A DNA stretch of 12,035 nt from Candidatus Thorarchaeota archaeon (lineage in GTDB: Archaea; Asgardarchaeota; Thorarchaeia; Thorarchaeales; Thorarchaeaceae), in contig PRDI01000055.1 in assembly GCA_003345595.1 (NCBI GenBank), forward strand, positions 1 to 12,035, written 5' to 3'. The notes under the pieces are model-generated. The model did no database searches. It was not told the origin of the DNA and saw only the letters and a list, made by a program, of their open reading frames with translations. Positions 1 to 6,586 of this stretch are shown in pieces. Position 1 is the stretch's first letter. The number at the start of each line of letters is the position of its first letter. The position numbers were made by a program, and so were the translations under genes.

Positions 1-384
1 ATTATCTGGGATCTGGCTGGTGATGACAGCTTCAAGGAACTTAGGCCAAACTTCTACGATGGCGCCATGGGACTAGTGATTATGTTTGACCTGACAAGAG
101 CTGACACGTTCAAGTCATTGCCCAACTGGATTCAGGAGGCCGTCAGGTTCATCAGACGCCGTGTGCCGCTCATTGTCGTTGGTAACAAGGCGGATCTGCA
201 ACCCTACGTCATTGACCAGTCTATGGCAGAGAGATACGCCACTGGTATCGGGTCGCGATTCATCGCCACAAGCGCAAAGACCGGATCCAATGTAGCTGAC
301 CTGTTCGAACAGGTTGGCATGCTGATTCATGAGAAGTCACAATCCGAAGCGGTAAGAGCAGGCAGACGCAAAGGCATCGAATGA
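1..384 (+). CDS. Rab-like small GTPase (Ras superfamily), 5'-truncated by window edge
   Basis: Frame 1 is open from base 1: IIWDLAGDDSFKELRPNFYDGAMGLVIMFDLT...VVGNKADL...TSAKTG. It has G3 (WDLAG), G4 (NKAD) and G5 (TSAK), plus RabF4/F5-like FYDGA and IMFDLT. The ORF-track ATG at 67 is internal. Confidence 0.93.
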   Translation: MIWDLAGDDSFKELRPNFYDGAMGLVIMFDLTRADTFKSLPNWIQEAVRFIRRRVPLIVVGNKADLQPYVIDQSMAERYATGIGSRFIATSAKTGSNVADLFEQVGMLIHEKSQSEAVRAGRRKGIE

Positions 385-414
385 GAAGGTTCTCTCAGCG
401 GCTGTGTGCCTGAA

Positions 415-1221
415 CTACATCTTGTCAATAATCTCCTCGAGGCTGTCAACTGTGATGTCTGGCGTCTGGTCAAGGCCGCGGGACTCGTATTCGAGTATCT
501 GCCCGGGGTCTCTCCGTACAAGCACGGTTAACATGCCTGCGGCCTTACCACCGGCTATGTCGGATGCAGGGTTGTCTCCTACCATTACGCAATCAGTAAC
601 ACGAAAGCCCAAGGACTTTGCCGATTCGACAAACATCTCCGGCAGAGGTTTCCCGACGATTGTGGCCTTGGTTCCTGTTGCATCCTCGATTGCGGCAACT
701 ATGGAGCGTTCTCCAATGAACGTATCCTCCATCCCCAAGTATACTCCAGGATAGTCTCTGCTGCCACTTATGCAAACAAGACCCGCGCCCCGTTTGACCA
801 TTTTTGTCGCGAAGTTGAGCTTGTCGAAAGTCATCCCTCGGTCTGCTCCGACTGCCACATACTGCACAGGCGGGTTGTTGGTGACGTCCAGTCCCCTTGC
901 GATGAAATCCTCAGTTGCTCCACCTTCGCTTATCACGAAGCAGCGAGCACCAGGGCGTCTGTTGTGTATAAAGGCGGCAGCCGCTGCTCCAGCGCTGAAG
1001 GTCTTATCTCGGTCGAATCCAAACCCCGCACCATTGACCGCGCTTTGGATCTGCCTTGAGGAGAGACGCCCGACATTGGTCAGTATCCCAATCGCTTTGC
1101 CCCTCTGTTGCAGCTCTTGGCAGAGTCGGATGGCATCAGGAAATGGTATCGGATGCTCGATATCCCTGACAAGAGTATTGTCAACGTCAAACAGCCAGAG
1201 TTTCTTGGTCGCCAGTTTCAC
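415..1221 (-). CDS. HAD-superfamily subfamily IIA (NagD-like) phosphatase
   Basis: Motif I LFDVDNTL, motif II LTN, motif III VGKP, motif IV MVGDNPASDIAGG. C-terminal PDITVDSLEE. GTG start with GGGGG upstream. Confidence 0.93.
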   Translation of the reverse strand: MKLATKKLWLFDVDNTLVRDIEHPIPFPDAIRLCQELQQRGKAIGILTNVGRLSSRQIQSAVNGAGFGFDRDKTFSAGAAAAAFIHNRRPGARCFVISEGGATEDFIARGLDVTNNPPVQYVAVGADRGMTFDKLNFATKMVKRGAGLVCISGSRDYPGVYLGMEDTFIGERSIVAAIEDATGTKATIVGKPLPEMFVESAKSLGFRVTDCVMVGDNPASDIAGGKAAGMLTVLVRRDPGQILEYESRGLDQTPDITVDSLEEIIDKM

Positions 1222-1304
1222 AAGTTTTCCCCCATTCCGTCATCAGTGGGTCGTCCATTTCCTGCGCGCACACAGCTAGTGACACCTGCAAGAACCATGC
1301 TGGA

Positions 1305-1664
1305 CTAATCGCTCTTGAGAAGAGGAATCACACAGATAAATCGGAAGGTTTCCTTGCTGTGCTTGTTGTCATAGCCGTGAGGCTCGTTCGGCGCCACGAA
1401 TATCACGTCGTCCTTCTGGGCGGTTGCATCCTCGGCAGATCCGAGCACTTTTGCCTGCCCACTCAGAACGAAAATCTCATGCTCTTCGGGGTGGTGATGC
1501 AGAGGGATCAGGCCTCCCGGCTTGATCTCGAAATACCTCATAGCATAGGTCTTTGCACCTGTCGTGTGGTCGACTAGCCATCGTACTGTTGCTCTGTCGG
1601 CGCCAACCAGCTCAACTGGGCGTTCCTCTCGCTTCTTGTAGTTGATGATGTGCAGTACCCGCAA
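1305..1664 (-). CDS. Cupin-domain protein (monocupin, metal binding)
   Basis: Cupin motif 1 PGGLIPLHHHPEEHEIFVLSG and motif 2 DVIFVAPNEPHGYDN. Start uncertain (TTG 1664 or CTG 1655). AGGAGG at 1665-1670 on the minus strand. Confidence 0.92.
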   Translation of the reverse strand: MRVLHIINYKKREERPVELVGADRATVRWLVDHTTGAKTYAMRYFEIKPGGLIPLHHHPEEHEIFVLSGQAKVLGSAEDATAQKDDVIFVAPNEPHGYDNKHSKETFRFICVIPLLKSD

Positions 1665-1723
1665 CCTCCTTCTGTTTCGACACGGGTATCTGATGATGCT
1701 CTAACCTTCGCTGATTCTGCAAG

Positions 1724-1731
1724 ATATAATA
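1724..1731 (-). promoter_or_regulatory. Putative TATA box for cupin/HAD transcript
   Basis: The minus strand reads TATTATAT about 60 nt upstream of the cupin start, an AT-rich island in a GC-balanced divergent intergenic region. Confidence 0.4.
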
Positions 1732-1794
1732 GCATTGGGTTGCGGCATTGTGGCAGATTCCGTGTGGCAAAGGGCCAGAGTGTGATTTCGCATA

Positions 1795-1808
1795 GGAAAG
1801 TTTAATGA
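1795..1808 (+). promoter_or_regulatory. Putative BRE + TATA box for the 1874 gene
   Basis: Purine-rich GGAAAG directly followed by TTTAATGA, the archaeal BRE-TATA arrangement. Confidence 0.5.
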
Positions 1809-1873
1809 GAGCAGCCACCGAAGCTACTTCAGCCCATTGTGGAACACCCATTTGAAGACCCGAAGGGATGTGC

Positions 1874-2386
1874 ATGAGCGAACAGGACACGTATGTGAGG
1901 GCAAAGCTCACCGAAATCAGCGGCGGATTAGAACGGCTCACAACCATACTCAACAGGATGATAGAGGTCATCTCGAAGTTTGGCGAAACACAGGAGGGGG
2001 TATCTGGGTTGGCCTCCGCCGTGGAAGCCAATAGCGGCAAACTGGACGAGCTCATACAAATGATGAGAAAGGTTGCCTTGGCTGGTCCTGTTGGCAGCAA
2101 AGCCGGCGAAGAGAGGACTGTGTCTTCTTCACTTCAGGCTGTCCTAGACACACTTGACTCTCAGATACACGAAGGGGCAATCGCTAGCGACGTTGCCGTG
2201 AAGCTTAACGACGCGGCAGAAACCTTCGAACAGAAAGCTGGTGGTGGACCGTTAGTCGTAAGGATACAGCGGTGGACACGCATACTTAGAACTTACGGAC
2301 GGGTAGACCCAATCACTCCAACTGATCTGAAGAAACTGCGCGAAGACATGAGGGAATGGCAGCGCGAACTGGCAAAGGGCAAATGA
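1874..2386 (+). CDS. Hypothetical protein: N-terminal coiled coil + C-terminal four-helix domain resembling Vps28 C-terminal domain
   Basis: Clean ORF of about 170 aa with GAAGGGA upstream (ATG 1874 preferred, 1868 possible). Heptad pattern over the first ~65 aa. The C-terminal W-x3-L-x6-D-x-I-T-x3-L-x2-L-x2-D-M pattern matches Vps28 CTD as recalled. High confidence as a CDS, moderate for the Vps28 call. Confidence 0.75.
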   Translation: MSEQDTYVRAKLTEISGGLERLTTILNRMIEVISKFGETQEGVSGLASAVEANSGKLDELIQMMRKVALAGPVGSKAGEERTVSSSLQAVLDTLDSQIHEGAIASDVAVKLNDAAETFEQKAGGGPLVVRIQRWTRILRTYGRVDPITPTDLKKLREDMREWQRELAKGK

Positions 2387-2526
2387 AGAATCTGGCGAGC
2401 ATGTGACCTAGTACCGTCCTCACGCTTATCGCATGATGCCCGGCCACAGGTGTAAGAACGCCGCAGACCATCATGTCGGCACATTGTTCACAGCGTTGGG
2501 AAACTCGCTTTTGCTGAGCAGTCAGC

Positions 2527-2532
2527 TTAAAT
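2527..2532 (+). promoter_or_regulatory. Putative TATA box for DHH nuclease gene
   Basis: TTAAAT ends 31 nt before ATG 2564, implying a very short or absent leader. No SD is visible. Confidence 0.45.
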
Positions 2533-2563
2533 TGCGGCTGGACAGACCTGTCAGCGCACATCC

Positions 2564-4081
2564 ATGTCAAGACCGTTTCCTATCGAGCCTGAGTCATTGC
2601 GAGAGCAGGTTCACTTGGCCTCTCGGGCAATCATGCATTCTAGGAAGGCTCTTGCGATCTCGCACATCGATGCGGATGGTATAACTTCTCTGTCAATCGT
2701 CATCAGTATGCTGAAGAGGCTTGGCAAGGAAGTGGTCTGGAGAAACATTCACCAGCTCAACTCTGAAACTGTGGTCGAGGTCGGGGTTTTGGCTAGAGAA
2801 GTGCAACCAGACCTTGTCATATTCAGCGACTTGGGCTCTGGTCAGATTGGTCTAATTCAGGAACATGTGCAGGGTACTCCGAGCATCGAGTGTATCGTAA
2901 TCCTTGATCACCACATTCCCGACGAAGCGTCTGATCTGAAGAGCGCGTCGGTAGAGAGAAACGGTATCATAGAGGTGAATCCTTGTCAGCATGGTGTTGC
3001 AGGTAGCTATGACCTGTCAGGTGCGGGTGCTGCATTTCTTGTCGCCTACGTCGTTTCACCTGATAACGTTGACCTAAGTGAGCTAGCGGTCGTGGGCGCA
3101 ACAGGCGACCTGCAGGACTACTATGGCAAGGGCTTCAGCGGGATCAACAAGGCGATTGTCCGCTTGGCAGAGTCCGAGGGTTATGTAGCAGTCCGAAGAG
3201 ACCTCACCTTCTTTGGAATAAGCACAAGACCCCTGCCTTATCTGCTTGAATATGCGACAGACCCGTATCTTCCCGGAATAACGGGCAATAGGGACGCTTG
3301 CTTTGCGTTCTTTGATGAGCTTGGGATTCCGCTAAAGGACGCAGATGAAAACTGGAGGACCTGGACCGATCTCGGCAATGAGGAGAAGAAGCAGGTTATC
3401 CAAAGACTCATCGATGTCATCACCCGCAGCTACGATAGTCCTCGAGCCGCAACTGGTATCATCGGTGACGTGATGACGCTTGTCCGGCGTCCACCGAAGA
3501 CCGAGCTCAGGACTGCAAAAGAGTTCTCGACGTTGCTGAATGCATGCGGGAGGAACAGAAAGGCTGAGGTCGGAGTGAGGATTTGCCTTGGCGACCTTCA
3601 ATCTTGGCATGAGGGCCAAGTGCTTCTGCAGCAGCACAGAGCGAACCTTGCGAGTGCCCTTCGACGGCTCGAAACTGGAGGCTTCATTGAAAAGCCTGGA
3701 ATGTATGTAGTAAGGGATCCTGAAACACCGGATACGATCATCGGAGTCGTCATTGGAATGGCACAAGGCTCGAGAATTGTCCCTGCTGATAAGCCGGTCA
3801 TCGGAGTGAGCACCAAGACTACCGGCGATAGTCCGATGGTGAAGATCTCAGGGCGTGTCGGAAGGTCTCTCGTCAAGAGTGGTGTCAACCTGCGAGATGT
3901 CTTCGTGACAGCTAGCCAATCACTGAATGGTGTCTACGGTAGGATGGTGGCTGAAGGGGGTGGACACCCGATGGCGGCAGGCGCCTTCGTGCTTCCAGAG
4001 TATCTCGAGGAATTCCTTGACCTGGTTTCCAGCCTGATACTCAACATGCTGCAATCAGATGGCGAAGAAAAAGGGAGATGA
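2564..4081 (+). CDS. recJ: DHH-family phosphoesterase, archaeal RecJ/GAN (GINS-associated nuclease, Cdc45 homolog)
   Basis: SHIDADG (motif I), FSDLGSG (II), ILDHH (III), DLSGAG, GATGDLQD (IV), FSTLLNACGR and DHHA1 GGGHPMAAG. Also the archaeal GAN-type insertion FGISTRPL...YATDPYLPGITGN. Confidence 0.92.
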   Translation: MSRPFPIEPESLREQVHLASRAIMHSRKALAISHIDADGITSLSIVISMLKRLGKEVVWRNIHQLNSETVVEVGVLAREVQPDLVIFSDLGSGQIGLIQEHVQGTPSIECIVILDHHIPDEASDLKSASVERNGIIEVNPCQHGVAGSYDLSGAGAAFLVAYVVSPDNVDLSELAVVGATGDLQDYYGKGFSGINKAIVRLAESEGYVAVRRDLTFFGISTRPLPYLLEYATDPYLPGITGNRDACFAFFDELGIPLKDADENWRTWTDLGNEEKKQVIQRLIDVITRSYDSPRAATGIIGDVMTLVRRPPKTELRTAKEFSTLLNACGRNRKAEVGVRICLGDLQSWHEGQVLLQQHRANLASALRRLETGGFIEKPGMYVVRDPETPDTIIGVVIGMAQGSRIVPADKPVIGVSTKTTGDSPMVKISGRVGRSLVKSGVNLRDVFVTASQSLNGVYGRMVAEGGGHPMAAGAFVLPEYLEEFLDLVSSLILNMLQSDGEEKGR

Positions 4082-4099
4082 GGGGGCGAAGCACCCCCT
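4081..4099. terminator. GC-rich hairpin between convergent genes
   Basis: AGGGGG-CGAAGCA-CCCCCT inverted repeat in the short gap between convergent stops. There is no long T tract, so a terminator role is only inferred. Confidence 0.4.
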
Positions 4100-4115
4100 G
4101 AGATACTATCTTGAT

Positions 4116-4574
4116 CTAGTACTCTTCAGCTGTCAGGCTGGCACCAATGACACCCGGTATGAAGAGCAAAGCGAAAGACGCAGCGAGGTCTATTGCGATT
4201 GATTGAATCGCAGGCCACAGCACCGAAGGCTCCAGAGCAAGGCTGTAACCAAGGATTGCGTAGCCCAAGAAGAAGAGGACCATTGCTATGATTGAAACGA
4301 AGAACATCCTGACTCCGCTCTTCGAAACCAGTCCAGCAATGAAGCCGCCAACACCAAGAGCGACCAAAGGGCTGTACACGCCCAACAGGGCGCTGCTATA
4401 TGGAGTTATCAGGACTTTGAAGAGTGCTGCACCCCAAGAAAGGAGGCCTGCGGTGATGGCTCCAGAGCCCAAGAGGGTCTGAATGTCAGCCACACTTAAG
4501 CCTAGAATCGCGAAGGCACCAATTACAACAGCCACGACTAGGCAAATCACAAGAGAGAATATTGTTCGAAACAT
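4116..4574 (-). CDS. Hypothetical integral membrane protein (about 4-5 TM, Gly-rich; DUF5518/TIGR04086-like motifs)
   Basis: 152 aa, almost entirely hydrophobic. GVGGFIAGLVSKS and PGVIGASL motifs. TATA box upstream. Confidence 0.85.
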   Translation of the reverse strand: MFRTIFSLVICLVVAVVIGAFAILGLSVADIQTLLGSGAITAGLLSWGAALFKVLITPYSSALLGVYSPLVALGVGGFIAGLVSKSGVRMFFVSIIAMVLFFLGYAILGYSLALEPSVLWPAIQSIAIDLAASFALLFIPGVIGASLTAEEY

Positions 4575-4636
4575 CGGGAATGCACTTCCTTGAGAACGTT
4601 ATAGAGTTCTGCAAGTCTTGAAGGATGCCTGATTCC

Positions 4637-4643
4637 TTTTATA
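4637..4643 (-). promoter_or_regulatory. Putative TATA box for 4574 membrane protein gene
   Basis: The minus strand reads GAAG-TATAAAA about 62 nt upstream of the ATG. Confidence 0.55.
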
Positions 4644-4693
4644 CTTCATGCCGGCTGGCTTGGCACTGAGCAATCAACATGGTGTGATGTATC

Positions 4694-5158
4694 TTATTCG
4701 TTTACGGCCCGTAATTCCCGAAACAATGATGTCACAATGTCGTTCATTGACTCTAGAAGATCAGCCACTCCAGGGTTCATTTTTCCCTTCGGCAGTGCGC
4801 CGGGCTGAAACCATCCAACCTGAGCCTCTGGAACTTCCGGTTTCGTATCTTCGGTCAGTGCACGGACTAGATATTGATTGACCACGAAGTGATACTCTAT
4901 GAGGCCTGCTGAGTCAGGGAGAATAATGTCTGCTGTGCCAACAAGCCGGATGGGTTTCGACTCAGTTCCTGTTTCTTCGCGGACCTCTCTGATCAAAGCT
5001 TGTTCTTGAGTTTCTCCTATTTCGACTGCACCACCAGGCAGGCTCCACGTCCCCTTGCCCGGTTCTTTATGCCGCTTCACCAGCAGGACTCCCTGACGTC
5101 CTACAACAATACCGCCAACGCCAAGGATTGGGTGGAGAGGATATCTTCTATCGTCCAT
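4694..5158 (-). CDS. Nudix hydrolase (ADP-ribose pyrophosphatase-like)
   Basis: Nudix box G-AVEIG-E-TQEQALI-REVREETG, preceded by WSLPGG. N-terminal RRYP..P.LGVG and downstream YHFVV segments. Confidence 0.95.
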   Translation of the reverse strand: MDDRRYPLHPILGVGGIVVGRQGVLLVKRHKEPGKGTWSLPGGAVEIGETQEQALIREVREETGTESKPIRLVGTADIILPDSAGLIEYHFVVNQYLVRALTEDTKPEVPEAQVGWFQPGALPKGKMNPGVADLLESMNDIVTSLFRELRAVNE

Positions 5159-5181
5159 CGATCAGCAAGCCGCAGTACGAG

Positions 5182-6342
5182 CTAATAAAGTGCGAGGCCT
5201 TCTGGCATCGGGATTGCTTTCCTGCACCACGGACACATCTGCTCTTCGCGGGGGTCGAATTTCACGTTCTCCAAATAAAGCCCGCGGGAATCGTGTCCAC
5301 AATGGGGACAGTGGATCTTGACGTAGCCTCTGAGTCTGAAAGATACCATCCATGCGTCAAGTGCAAGTTGCGATTGGCCATCTCGGTCGTACTCCTTCGC
5401 GAGAGCGACCCACACCGCTGCAGCGCCAGAATCGTCCCGGGCGCCGGAAATGAGACAGTCCATCAGTTCCTTGTGCCAGCCTAGCCTATCATACACGTCG
5501 AACAGCTTTTGCCAGCCCTCGGGATCATTGCCTATGCTGCGCTTGGCCTTCTCCAAGTACTTCTTGCAGTCTCGCTCATTTCCTTCGAGCTGCGACAGTA
5601 TGGCGAGTCGCCCGAGTGCCTCTACCTTTGTCGGGTCTTGTTCCAAGACTTTCCTGAAATAGGCGGCGGCCTCGCTTCTTCGGCCCTTCTGAAACTCTGC
5701 CTCGCCTAGAAGGATGAGAGTTCGGTAGTGGTCCGAGTCGACCGAACGTGCTCTCTCAATCAGTGGCATTGCCTCATCGACCTTCCCCTGGACGAGAAGT
5801 GCGTAGGCGTGGTTCGAGATGGCGACTATTGAGTCCGGTTGGAGGCGATGCACGGCCTCCCATACTTCAGCTGCACCATCGTAGTCTCCCATCCGATAAA
5901 GACACATAGCATACAGAGAGTGCAGCGTGATGTTGTCCGGAAAGTGGGTTATCGCCTGTCTCAGTGCCTCTGCAGCATGACTGTAGTCCGCCTTGACGTA
6001 AAGGACCTTACATAGGTCGCTCCAAGCTTCATGCTGGTCCGGATCAAGACGAATGGCCCTGCGGAGATATGTTTCTGAGTCGTCGAACTCTCCCATGGCC
6101 TTCAATGCCCGACCCATGACCAACGCAAGAACGCAGTTGTCTTCGCCTAAGTCCTCAGCTTTTCTCAAGGCTTCTATAGCTTTGGCGGGTTTTCCCATTT
6201 GGAGATAGGCCATGCCAAGACACACGAGAGCATCGCCATCCCTGCTATTGTCCCTCAGTATCTCTTCAAGGATGAGCACCGCTTCCTGCGCGCGTCCTCC
6301 CTCAAGTGCAATGGCTGCATCTCTGATTCTTGTAGAGGTCAA
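5182..6342 (-). CDS. Tetratricopeptide repeat protein with C-terminal Zn-ribbon
   Basis: Multiple 34-aa TPR units (e.g. ALVCLGMAYLQMGKPAKAIEALRKA; TLILLGEAEFQKGRRSEAAAYFRKVLEQDP). C-terminal CPHC-x21-CPWC. TTG start. 23 nt gap to the Nudix gene suggests an operon. Confidence 0.92.
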   Translation of the reverse strand: MTSTRIRDAAIALEGGRAQEAVLILEEILRDNSRDGDALVCLGMAYLQMGKPAKAIEALRKAEDLGEDNCVLALVMGRALKAMGEFDDSETYLRRAIRLDPDQHEAWSDLCKVLYVKADYSHAAEALRQAITHFPDNITLHSLYAMCLYRMGDYDGAAEVWEAVHRLQPDSIVAISNHAYALLVQGKVDEAMPLIERARSVDSDHYRTLILLGEAEFQKGRRSEAAAYFRKVLEQDPTKVEALGRLAILSQLEGNERDCKKYLEKAKRSIGNDPEGWQKLFDVYDRLGWHKELMDCLISGARDDSGAAAVWVALAKEYDRDGQSQLALDAWMVSFRLRGYVKIHCPHCGHDSRGLYLENVKFDPREEQMCPWCRKAIPMPEGLALY

Positions 6343-6432
6343 GTCGGTCTGTGCCTCTCCTGTTCCATAAGGGACTATTGAAACAACGGGCAGGTTGACC
6401 CGCGAGAGCTTTAGTGCGGCCTAGTTCCCGCA

Positions 6433-6456
6433 TTATAAGTACCCTGTCATATGACA
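6433..6456. promoter_or_regulatory. TATA-like TTATAA plus adjacent perfect 12-bp palindrome (putative operator)
   Basis: TTATAA at 6433-6438 and TGTCATATGACA at 6445-6456, in the divergent TPR/methyltransferase intergenic region. Confidence 0.5.
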
Positions 6457-6557
6457 CCGATGAAACCTGGGACCGTATGCCACGATGTGAGCCCAGATCT
6501 CTATTGATGGCTTGGGTACTGTGACAGAGAATGCAGTCATACACCAAAAGGGCTTTG

Positions 6558-6563
6558 TTATAT
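6558..6563 (+). promoter_or_regulatory. Putative TATA box; leaderless methyltransferase mRNA
   Basis: TTATAT ends 23 nt before ATG 6587. No SD is visible. Confidence 0.55.
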
Positions 6564-6586
6564 CTTGAGCCTCAATCGTAGATTCG

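Noticed and set aside
404-1308. Plus-strand ORFs 404-754, 770-1279 and 1108-1308
   Set aside because: They are antisense shadows of the well-supported HAD gene and have no motifs. The same applies to the other short overlapping ORFs (e.g. 1612-2100, 3332-3766, 7857-8294, 8022-8423, 9023-9418, 10626-11009).
1690-1714. TGATGA...CTGA resembling half of a C/D box sRNA
   Set aside because: There is no properly spaced second C'/D pair, and it lies antisense to the cupin leader.
2387-2563. 177-nt spacer and minus-strand ORFs 2293-2484 and 2313-2570 with a CxxC
   Set aside because: The ORFs overlap neighbouring genes and have no convincing start context or domain. I saw no tRNA-like or long stem structure.
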